A stretch of 64,000 nucleotides of DNA from Felis catus. Lineage: Eukaryota. Both the position numbers and the translations under genes were made by a program. Positions 25,702-36,608 of the stretch are shown in pieces. Where the stretch lies: the NCBI RefSeq assembly GCF_018350175.1, contig NC_058373.1:101000001-101064000 (forward strand), read 5' to 3'. A model generated the notes under the pieces. That model searched no databases. It worked only from the letters and a program-made list of their open reading frames with translations, and was not told where the DNA came from. How positions within the stretch are numbered: the first letter of the stretch is position 1; every line of letters begins with the position of its first letter.

Positions 25702-26903
25702 CCTTAAAATCTTCACCATAAAATGAGTTTCTTGGTCAGAAGCAGTGTTACACAGGTTAAAATCACTGAGGATAGAGCAGTCAGTGCTCTATCTTGGAAT
25801 AGTGGTCCTTTATGAAGGTGACCAGAGAAAGCAGATAAAAGTTAGTGTACAATTAAGTGAGGACAATTGTCATCTCCCCCAAAGGGAAAATATATGATGT
25901 AAACTTGCCCCAGTGGATATTTGGACCATCCCATATTATGGAATTCTATAGGAGGCCCAAAGTTGATTTTTGTTGCTGCTGGCGAGTTAGGCATTCAGCA
26001 AGCATGTTACCTGTGAGAAGTCTATCCTGTTAAGTCTAAGCATCACCTCCATTCCCATTACCATGGTCATTTAATATATGACCCCACTGAACAAGTCTTA
26101 CGGTGACTGATAAAAAATGCCTAAGATAAATCCATTGGCTGTGTTTACTAAAAGCTTCCCTTACTTAAAAAAATAAATAAATAGAAGCTTCCCTTATGGT
26201 GGGGATTTTGCTGATTATTCATATAAAACACAAATATTCACAGACTCTGGGATCATTCTAAACAATTCATCTACATATCTCCCTCAACTGTCTTATCATT
26301 AATTTCTAAATTAATTCCTTCTAATGTCTGATCATCTGGCCAGGGCCAATGAATAAGCTTCAGTCCAACTGTAGCTACCTTTCTTACAAAGCAAAGAGAA
26401 CAAACCAAATAACTAACAATCCCAAATATCTTTTGGGATAATTTTTCTTTCATAGTGTCTTTCAGGGCCACCTCTATGTGTGAACAAAATCCTGCAAGAG
26501 TCTACTTTAAACACATGCATATAAATCCTTGCTTACTGGTACAGAGCCACTTTTAATAACCTCCATGTCCTCTGATCCTTCCATCTTCCTCTACCCTAAC
26601 TTCAGCTGCTTTAAGGAAATAGGTGATTAGGGATAGGAGGGCTCCCCTGACCCCAAAAGACATTCAAGGCTATACATACCTACTTGCATATACTGGGAAA
26701 ATTTGGAGAGAGGAGGACCAAACTTTTATGCTTCTGTTGGATGCAGATACCCAAGACTCCATCCTACCTAAGTCTCTGTCCTTATAGGACAGGGGCACCC
26801 AAATTTAGCTACTGCTACATCTATTTTATCCTAGATCCAGAGAGATATCCCTAAACACCTTGGCCTAATTCACTCATGCTTTGACTAAGTTAAAACTTGA
26901 TTG

Positions 26904-27114
26904 GGGGCACCTGGGTGGCTCAGTTGGTTAAGCATCCTACTCAGGTTAAGCTCAGGTCATGATCTCACGGCTCATGAGTTCGAGCCCTGCGGCGGGCTCT
27001 GTGCTGACAGCTCAGAGCCTGGAGCCTGCTTCATGTTCTATGTCTCCCTCTCTCTCTGCCCCTCCCCAACTCATGCTATCTCTGTCTCTCAAAAATAAAT
27101 AAACACTAAAAAAA
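26904..27114 (+). mobile_element. Can-SINE inside the ERV
   Basis: TSD ttaaaacttgattg. Confidence 0.95.
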
Positions 27115-28392
27115 TTAAAACTTGATTGTGTTCACTGGGCTGCAGGAGCTATTGAAACTCTGTTCCAACTTGTAGAACTGAAAATAGATGTGGTCGCTAT
27201 GCTCAATGGGGAAATATCCAGGCCATTTTCATAGCTTTGGCCAATATTTTCCTTGATGATGCTTGTTATATTTTTATTGACTCTGAATTGTTGCCAGTGA
27301 CCTAGCAATTTGGTCTGCATTTGGAAAACAACACACTGGCATATCAGAGACTCCCTTCTTTGGGACTGAAAGCTGGGGGGAGGGGAGTGGGAATCACAGC
27401 TTCTGATCAAACCATCTATTTCATTTATGTAGATGCTCATGATAAGGGACTATTCTCTGGGAAGACTGTTGATGAAAACTGTACTGTCCATAGTGCCACC
27501 ATTGGCAATCCATCATTATACTGAATATAACAACTCATCTATCATTCTAGACTAGGAAAAACTAAAGGAGTATATTGCTGGAATTATGCCTCTGGCCACA
27601 CATTTACACAGTTGTCGCATGCCTACTCCTGGCAGACTGACCATACTGGACGTTTGACCTACTCTTGGAACTACTGGGGGTACCTTATCCATATTGAAAA
27701 GTTTTCAGGATATAGTATTGCTATCCAGCCTGATTAGCCAATTCCCAACATGCCATTGTGACTCTTGAAACTAATCTGTGTCACACTTTCAGCTTTCCAG
27801 ATCACTTGCAGCCTGACAACAATAGTATACCTTTAATAAAAGAAACCACTCATCAGTGGGTTTGTGATCAAGGTACATGATGGATCTTTCCATGTTTTCT
27901 ACCATCTATGGGCATCTAGTATTGAAAAAGTTAGAACAGTCTCTTTAAAAACTCTACTTAAAAATGATTTCTGTTTCCGGCTTCCTTACTTTCTCCTTGT
28001 CCACATACCTTAGTAAGACAATTTAATCACTGAATGCAGCCTTCTCCAAGAAGGGGTCATCTCTCAGCCACTTCCCAAGACAAAGGATGTAGGAAGTTGT
28101 ATCAACCTCTTTGGAAGACTGGTTATTTCACACTGACAATTGCTGGGCACAATGACTCTTTCTGCTTCCCAGTGATGACTCCAAGCCAGGCTAATTGATA
28201 TACCCTCTAGGTGGCAGCCCAATTAAAAGGTAGCCTGGTGAATTTAAGCTTATTTCTGAGTCAGCCACCTGTGTTCCCTTACTGGACTAACTTGATCCTA
28301 TATCGTAACAACCACTTGGTTGAGAATACTGCTTGTTGAATACCTCTGAGGTGCTCTGTGTTGGTCTCTGTGTGTTCTATAGAAATGTTCTT

Positions 28393-28623
28393 GGGGCGCC
28401 TGGGTGGCTCAGTCGGTTAAGCGTCTGACTTCAGCTCAGGTCACGATCTCGCGGTCTGCGAGTTCGAGCCCCGCGTTGGGCTCTGGGCTGATGGCTCAAA
28501 GCCTGGAGCCTGCTTCCGATTCTGTGTGTCTCCCTCTCTCTCTGCCCCTCCCCCGTTCATGCTCTGTCTCTCTCTGTCTCAAAAATAAATAAATGTTAAA
28601 AAAAAAAGTTAAAAAAAAAAAAA
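28393..28623 (+). mobile_element. Young Can-SINE inside the ERV
   Basis: TSD agaaatgttctt, long A tail. Confidence 0.97.
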
Positions 28624-29129
28624 AGAAATGTTCTTGTCCATTGTGAATCTGATCCTTCTAGTTGCAGAGCCTATAGGTAATGACTGGAGAAACAATGTAA
28701 TTGTGGCTACTAAAAAGAGACACAGCAATTTTGTGGCAGTGAAGGGAGAACAACAATCCTGACACCTGGAAAAAAAACACTTTTGACCTGGCTGATTACA
28801 GGAGAGGGACGGACATTAATGAAATCTTTCAGAATCACCCCAAGAACCTTCTTCACAAAGAAGATCAGCTTGTACCTAAAGATGATGGAGGTCTCACTTG
28901 TAAGGGCCCCCACATCGTGCACAATACTTTCTGAAAGCACCATATATGTCTTTGGGAATATACTTCTTGTGAAGAAGTTAGGCATTGCCTTGCTTCTTGC
29001 TCCAAAACAAAATGACTGGTACCTTTCTTAGGGGTATCTTAAGAGATCGCCAAATGTTTAAGGAAACACCATCAGTAAATAATGTAGTCCTCAGATAGCT
29101 GTAAATAGCTCTCCAAAATGAAGCTACCC

Positions 29130-29685
29130 TTGGTTAATCAAGGGGAGCTTCCCAGAGGATAACTGACCCATTATTTATGTACATGTTGTGTGGGCAGGTA
29201 TCTGTATAACAGGAGTTGCCCAATTAGAAAAGGTGAAAAAAACATGTCCCTGACTAGCTAAAGTGATTAATGACACTACCATAGCTGTAGAAAGTATTCC
29301 AGGAAGCCTAATTTAATGGCTAGGGTTGTTGTCCATAATAGAATTGCCCTAGATTTCCCATATAGGAAATTTGCCAAAGCTTTGCCAAGACAAAGTCTAT
29401 GTAATTGCTAATACATCCTGTTGTATCAGGATCAATTCCTCAAGCCCAGTGGAAAGGTAAATGCAGAAACTTAAGGAGTAAGGTAGACCCTGATGGTTGA
29501 TGGGATTTGTTTGGCTGCTAGGTCCAAGATCTTTGAGATCAATATCTTGGGTTGGCCCCATCCTGCTGATTCCAGTCCTATTGAGAGCAGCTTCAATTAA
29601 ATGTTGTATGAGACGAACTGAACAGATTTGGTCCCAGGCTCTGTCATTCAGATTAATCAGAGTGGCCAATAGAGTGGCATATTAA
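29130..29685 (+). pseudogene. Defective gamma-type env TM subunit
   Basis: GVAQLEKV..NMSLT.AKVINDTT, ISD-like MARVVVHNRIALDF (29316-29357), Y-X6-CC (29398-29424), hydrophobic anchor + CC tail (ORF 29497-29685); frameshifts and stops. Confidence 0.85.
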
Positions 29686-29732
29686 TGGAAAATTTTACTA
29701 GAAGCTAAGACATTGTAGAGACTCCATGTGGA

Positions 29733-30165
29733 TATTGAGTGATAATTCTCTGTGGGTCTCTTGTACGTCTGCATGTCTTGAGAGCAAGACACTGACAGCC
29801 TTTTGTTCCATATTATCTGTTCTGTTCATGTGGCAAATGGCTTTAGAAGATAGTGACAGTGTCTCCCCTGGGAGCAAAGGACATGTTTGTTTATAGCTTT
29901 GGAAGATGGAAATAGTGTCTCCCTTTCACCAAAGGGCAGGCGTGCTTACTGCTCATTATTAAAGATGCAGGTTCCCTCCCGTCAGCATTTTTCTCTTGTA
30001 ATGCAACCCACTTCCTGCTCACATATCCATTTGGGCCCACCTGAATCATTGCTGAGGGACATGGGGACAAGGGGAACTGCTGCACACATGCTCATGTTTG
30101 CAGTACCATGGATAAAGAAGTCCCTTGTCTTTAACTCAGGAGTCAGTGTACTTCTCAATGTCTTG
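29733..30165 (+). mobile_element. MER89-like LTR (3' LTR)
   Basis: taattctctgtgggtctctt...gcatgtcttgagagc...gatagtgacagtgtctcccctgggagcaaagg...gtaatgcaacccact matches recalled MER89. Confidence 0.75.
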
Positions 30166-30212
30166 GTGAAAGAATGATCTCCTAAGCCCTCTTGGAATAT
30201 ATATTTGCTTTA

Positions 30213-30394
30213 AGTTTATTTTTTTTATTTTGAGGTGGGAGAGGCAGAGAGAGGGAGGGAGAGAGAGAATCCCAAACAGGGTCCACCCCGTCACCAAGGA
30301 GCCTGATGTGGAGCTCAATCCCATGAACCATGAGATCGTGACCTGAGCAGAAATCAGAAGGCAACGCTTAACCAACTGAGCTGCCCAGGTGCCC
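30213..30394 (-). mobile_element. Can-SINE
   Basis: T tail, gagagaatcccaaacagg, head ending ccaggtgccc. Confidence 0.9.
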
Positions 30395-31074
30395 TGGAGG
30401 ATATGTTTAAAGGGAGGGTGATAAATAGTCTATAGTAAGTCCCCTCCCTACCTACTTGGTGCCTTTCTTTACATTACTGTGAGGAACTTGGGGGCATTCT
30501 AGCCTCTTTTCTCAAGGGCCATAGCTGAGTCTGGATTTCAGTCCTCCACCCATGCAAACAGTTGTAGCACACCAAGTTGCTCTAGCTAGCACATTGCATC
30601 TCTGATCAGAATTTTCATATCTATAAATTTGGCCTACTTGAAAATTGTGTTCTACACTCCTTGGTCCAACACCTCAAAAGCCATTCCCTCACCACACAGT
30701 TTTACATTTTTGCTCATGTACATTAACAGTAACTTATCAGTCTCTTTCTGGATTTGAGTTGTAATTAACCTTCTGACTCCAGTCTCAGAACTTTCCAGGT
30801 TCCATAGGAAGAGCAGCTTCTTTGGCTTTCTGTGCATCTTTTGTTTTTTAGCTCACTTGGTTCTGCTTAGTCATAAAGTAAAAAGCTTGTTTACTTTTTG
30901 TTTTCCAGAAATTTGTCAAAATTTTTGGTACACTGATGACCTCTCCTTCTTATTCTCAGTACTGTTATGGAATTAGGCTCCATAACAGTTCTTCCAGTCA
31001 TCTCAGTTGGGTGACAAGGGAGATAGATGTGTGTGCTCAGTTTGCCATTTTGATGCAGAAGTCCCAACCCAATA

Positions 31075-32510
31075 CTTGAGTAAAACTGTTCTAGTGAATG
31101 TCACCTATGACCTACTGACTGTCAAATCTAACTGGCCCATTCTTACTTGATCTTTTTGGAAGTTTTACATTGTTGATTATTCCCTTCTTGAAAACCTCTC
31201 AACCTTTCCCTTTAAATACTTGATGCTTTCCTGGTTCTTCGAGTCCTTGTCCTCAGATTGTTTTATAAGAGTCCATATCTTTTTCTTAACTATTAAAGTG
31301 CTGGTATTACTAAGCTTTCATCTTTGTTCTTTCTCTTCCCCTTCTAGTGTTCTCCCAGAATTGGGGAAAAATAAAAGGAAATAAGACTAAAATGGAAATT
31401 GGACAGCTCATCAACAAGCCTATATACTAGAATACAGATCAGTACTTAATTTCCATTTAAAATCCTATGCCTAAATTATTAGTGCAAAATAAAGACATAT
31501 TCAAGCATGCAAAGACTGATACAGCTATCTCTATACTTACGACTTCCGAATGTATACAATTAGCCCAGACTTTGACACTTAGTTCCTGACTTATTGGATT
31601 ACCTATTAAATATCTCTCCATCTGGATTTCTCAAAATCTCCCTAAACTTTGTGTGCTCCAAACTGAACTAAACCTGCCTGATAAAGTCTGTCTCCTGTAT
31701 TATACTCTTTATCTTAGCATATTCTACCCCTACCCCCCCCCCCCAAACATCCATTCATTGTCAAATTCTTCCTCTCCTATCAGCAAGTAATCAAGTCTTC
31801 TCAGTTCTACCTACTAAGTATTTCTCATAGCCATTCTCTCCTTTTGTTCTCACTATTGCTCCCTTATTCACATTCTCATCATTTCCTGTCTGGCCTTCCT
31901 ACTTCCAATCTTGACCTACTCAAGTCCACCTTCTACCCTGTGGCAAGAATAATCTTTCTACAAGGTAAAAGAACATATCTCTCCCTTGATTCAAAGACCC
32001 AATGGTTTTCCAGTTCTTATGATAAAACCCCAAAACTCTTTAATTTCATGATCTCTCTCCTGGCTGTCTTTCCCTTCTTGACTTCTTCCTTTTCCCCCCA
32101 CTTCACCATCTTTGCTCCAGCTATAATAAATTATACCATACTTGTAGCTCTCTAATTCTGTTTCATGTCCCTATATTTTTACTCCTATTGTTCCCACTGC
32201 CAAAAAAGCTCTGTCCCCCTGTTGATGATAGCCCAACCATCTTTCAAGACTTAAGGGAAACATGAACTTTTCTGAGAAAACTTTTCTGAATCCCCATACA
32301 GCCCTGCCAGTCTGTATAGAAGGTATCTATTTACGTTTTGGATGTCTCCAGTGTGCCCTGAAAATACCTGTTAACATGTCTGCTTTCAACTAGACTAGAA
32401 ATTCCTTAAAAGCATGGACCATGTCTTGCTTATACTTACATAATCAGCACAGTGTTTAGCACAGTCAAAATTTATAAATGAATGGGTAAATAAATAAGTG
32501 AATGAATAAA
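31075..32510 (+). mobile_element. L2 (RT end to 3' tail), fragmented
   Basis: aaactgttctagtgaatgtcacctatgacc; ends aaatgaatgggtaaataaataagtgaatgaat. Confidence 0.75.
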
Positions 32511-34869
32511 ACCTTCATTATCCTTTGTTCTGGATAATCCTTCTCCAAACTATTATCCTTAAAGTATTGCTAATTCTCTCCTTCCTTTCATAGGTCAACA
32601 CCCTGGACAAGGGGTAGGAAGATAATTCCCAGATAGGTTTGGAAGGAATCTGAAAATAAGTATCAGGAAACGTGCTAGGTTTTCTTTGTAAGCCTGCAAG
32701 TCACTCAGAAAAATCCAACCCACGGGATTAGAGCAATAAAATAGTAAGGTCTCGGGGAGGTGCTCTGGAGGCAGGTCTGGGTAGTTGCCAGAACCCCATA
32801 TGCTATATAGCAGTACAGAGACAGTAACTGAGAATTCTCAGGCCCAGAAGAAAGGCAGGGATGCAGAAGACAAGCAAATGAGTAACTCAGAAAGGGTCTG
32901 GATCAGGATAGGATGCAAGAGCTCTACAACAAGCCAAAAGTAAGTAACGGAGAAGTCTGTGGATTCCAGCCTCACACTCCCAAAGACCAGGTAGAAGCCA
33001 CACCACAGCAGGCATGGCAAAGAGAGAAATTGATGCTCAAAGACCGGGTGAGACGAGAAACCCAAACCAGGGACCGCTCAGGACTAGATGCTCCTTCTCA
33101 ATGCCAGGACAGTGTGAGAGTCAGCCAGGAAACTAGATTGCCTCCAAGGAGAAAGGGAAGGGTAGAAGCCCTGGAGGGCTGACATACAAACCAGATGTGA
33201 CAATTAGACAGTAGCTGGGGATAATAACACTCAAGTTTGACAGCAGACCTTTAGATCAGACTATAGCAACCTGAGTGGACTAGGGTGAGTTGTCTGTCCT
33301 GGGAAGACAGAGGAGATCAAGAGAAACGTTGTCAGTTATAAAAAATAAAAAAAAAAAGTTTTCTCTCTCCACACAGGAGTCCTCGGGTGTACATTTGCAT
33401 CTTTCTGCTTCTACCCTCAGCTATCCATGGAAACCACATACCCCAAACACTCCAGGAGAGTTCTAACATCAAATATTCTCGTCTTTCTGATTGCATCAAC
33501 TCTTCAGAGCCCACAGGCTCCAGGCTTTGGTTCAGAAAATACCGCATACTTAGTTTCATTACTGACCTGCCCCCATCCCATCCCCATCCCCATGTCAGGG
33601 GAAAAGAGTAGATGGTAAGTTACATTTTGCTTTCAAGTCTCTTTAGCTGTGATCCTGCCATTGTCAGGAATTTTGTATGGCACATACTGTACAGATTTCT
33701 ATGCATGATGTTTAAGAACTGAGACATATTTAAATTTGCACATTGGCCCTTTGGGAGTGACAGCCGGCACTGCCTCTCCATTTGTGTCATCATTTCATTA
33801 GTAACTATGCATAACAAATGTGAGCCTCTGGTGAAAAAGATGATAGCAATAGCAAAATATTAACCCTTAAAGGAAAGCTTTGAGAAAAGTCCAGTTAAGG
33901 TCTCCAGTCAAATTAGCCTCTGTAAAGTTTAGGTATAAATAAAAACAATCAGGGAAGCTCTTGGACCTCCTTGGGTGGTTGGAAGCAGGAGGAGAAGAAA
34001 GCTGTAATTAAGTTTCCTTTGTCATCAGCCACTTCTCAGATAAATGATCATAAATGAATGGAATGTGTCTTCACTCCTGGCACTGCAAAGCCATGAAAAA
34101 GCTCCGTCTTTTGACTTGCTTTAGACATTTGGTGTGAGTGATCGCAATAGCAGGAGATTCTTTGGTTCAAATCTCTGGCTTTCTCAAACTTTTAATAAAG
34201 TTTCTAAATAAACTAGAGTAGGAGATGCTGAAGCTAAACCACAGTCTGACCTGTCTTCTGTGTCATTTTTGCTGGAAGGAGCAGAGAGATTTTCCAACAT
34301 CATATTTAATTTCATTAGCTACTGTTGCTTTTTGGGAATCTACTTGTAACACATGCAGATAAACATGCCCCTGTGATAAGGCTGTGTTTATAAACTGGGT
34401 TTAGGATGAAAGAAAACCCTAAACTGATGTGTTTTCATTGTGGGGTTAATGGTGCTTTACTAATCCCCTTTCTGTTGGCCAGCAAGGCACAGGCATTTGA
34501 GCATTTTTGGTGACTCTCACATGTTTGCCCTCTTAAGAATTGTAATAGGAGGAAACCCTTTCCCTTGCTCAGGAATGCTAAGAAATGACGCCCCTCCTCC
34601 TCCTGGAGGAATTTTGGGCAGCAAAAATAAAAATGTGTGGACTTTTAAAAGTTTATTAGGAAGGGCTGAATGAAAGATATTTATCCCTTTAGTAACTGAA
34701 CGCTCTATGCAGGCGTCTCCTCTCTCCTTCTTTGTCTCCCTGCCTTGGATGTGAGTCTCTCCTGCACTGAGGAGGGGGGAGAGAAGCCACTTCTGTGTGG
34801 TGGAAAGGCCCTGCTCCAGCGTGGATTTCCACCCTTCTCCCCAGGAAAGAACTGAAGGTTTAAAGAAAA

Positions 34870-35480
34870 TATATTGTTAAATGTTTCAAAGCTATGGAAA
34901 GGTGAAAGGAATTATGCAATGAACACCTGTGTACCCACTACCCAGCTGAAGAAATGAATCATTACAGGTATAGTTGAAGCCCCTGTGTACACCCCATTGT
35001 GTTTTCCCCACCCCATTCTTCTTCCCGCTTCCAGATACAAGTATTTAGATTTTCTTATACATTAATGGGTCCCTCACCAAAAAAAAAAAAAAGTTCCTTT
35101 CAAGGTTTTAGACTGTGTAATAGAATGTTAATATATATATTCTTTTGCGACTTGCCTGCTTTGTTTTTGAGCTTTCTCCAGGGCAGATAAAGTTTTTATT
35201 TTATTTTTTTTTAATTTACTTTTACTGAGATATAATTTACATAAGTTGTGTAAGTTTAAGGTGTATAACATGTTGGTCGGTTTGGCATATTTCTATATTG
35301 CAGCATATATTTGCCACTGTAGCATTACTTCGCACCTCTGTCATGTCATGCAATGATCATTTCTTTTCAGTAGCAGATGAAATTGTGTCATGAAGTTTAT
35401 TATGCACGTTGTTCCATAACATCATTTCCATTATATGTTGTGTGGCTATACCACAATTTATCTCTTCAGAGAAGTCCTTC
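34870..35480 (-). mobile_element. Two old L1 3'-end fragments (L1ME-like, L1MA9-like)
   Basis: aatgaacacctgtgtacccactacccagct; tgagatataatttacataagttgtgtaagtttaaggtgtataac. Confidence 0.65.
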
Positions 35481-36006
35481 TTTCCTCCTGAACAGATATA
35501 CAAATGCTGGGAGCATCAATGGGTTGCCCCCCCAGATGGCAGAATCTACAGCGAATGCAATATCCCCATCCACAAGAAAAAATATAAGGAAAGTACATAA
35601 TGGATGATGCTTTTGTAGTTCATTTTATTCTTTAATTTTAATTCTATTGTACTTTCTTTTGTGTGTATGCTGAGATGAATTTCTACAACTCAGTGAGTTC
35701 ACACTTTCTACACATCACATTGAGTATATGCTGAAATAAGAAATTGAGAATTGTTGTCACCTGCTAATGTTCAGAGACCCAAATCTTCCCACAGGTGGAG
35801 GCATCCCTGGGTGCTTGTCTTAGGGTGTTCTCAGCCTCAGAAGAGAGATGGCCAGGAAGTGAGAGTTTGGCAAGCTCAGAAGAATTCTGCCCTGAGAAGT
35901 TGGCAGTTCCAGAAAGCTCCAGAAAGTTCTGGAAAGGCTGCTACTGACAAGGACTAGGATATTTTTTCTCTTTACATCTTAGACTTTATACAATGTCAGA
36001 AAGCAA

Positions 36007-36219
36007 GGGGCGCCTGGGTGGCTCAGTTGGTTGTGCGACCGACTTCGGCTCAGGTCATGATCTCACGGTTTGTGAGTTTGAACCCCGCATCAGGCTCTGT
36101 GCTGACAGTTCAGAGCCTGGAGCCTGCTTCGGATTCTGTGTCTCCCTCTCTCTCTGCCCCTCCCCCACTCATCCACTGTCTCTGTCTCAGAAATAAATAA
36201 ACATTAAAAAATTTTTTTT
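36007..36219 (+). mobile_element. Can-SINE
   Basis: ggggcgcctgggtggctcag head, CT repeat, aaataaataaacatt tail. Confidence 0.95.
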
Positions 36220-36232
36220 GAAAGAAAGAAAG

Positions 36233-36290
<58 letters not shown>
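36220..36290. repeat. (GAAA)n microsatellite
   Basis: Direct observation, abutting the SINE tail. Confidence 0.95.
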
Positions 36291-36568
36291 GCTAGCAAGT
36301 TGTAACGGTGAGGCTACCTCCTGATTTTAAGGAATGAATTAGCAAGTCTACTGGGCAAGGTCATGGGTTGCTGACCCCCAGACCTGGCTTCTATTTCCTA
36401 AGCCTTCCATCTTTTGCTTCTTCTACAAGTGTTAGTCATTTTCTTATCTCTTCTGTTGCAGATGTGGTAAACGCAGAGATTTTGATCTACTGAAAAGCGT
36501 TTATTAAATCCTGCTGAGTCTCCCTTTGAAATGCCTCTTATCTACACCTCCTTCCTTTCTATCACCTA

Positions 36569-36576
36569 CCCCCCCC

Positions 36577-36607
<31 letters not shown>
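36569..36607. repeat. Poly-C tract (C8-T-C30) within a probable L2 fragment
   Basis: Direct observation. Confidence 0.95.

Positions 36608-36608
<1 letters not shown>

Larger units (their letters stand above)
22880..26520 (-). mobile_element. Decayed ERV-L-type internal region (RNase H-IN-3' region), interrupted by L1, SINEs and MER20
   Basis: Minus ORF 26271-26471 (VALKD...SQ...LEINDKTVEG) resembles ERV-L RNase H (VALKDSGEGKSSQWAEL...WKIGDKE); 23200-23400 and 25240-25330 resemble ERV-L int consensus. Confidence 0.7.
26540..29732 (+). mobile_element. Decayed ERV internal region (pro, RNase H, IN, env remnants; MER89-int-like)
   Basis: Protease DQTFMLLLDADTQ (~26715-26770); RNase H AQW..IQAIFIALA...YVDAH (~27175-27445); IN SWQTDHTG...FSGY...FSFPDHLQPDN...QW (~27620-27960); env TM ARVVVHNRIALDF and VYVIANTSCC. 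Confidence 0.8.

Noticed and set aside
29130..29685. Captured syncytin-like env gene
   Set aside because: Multiple stops and frameshifts, first Cys of CX6CC lost, and a SINE upstream within the element
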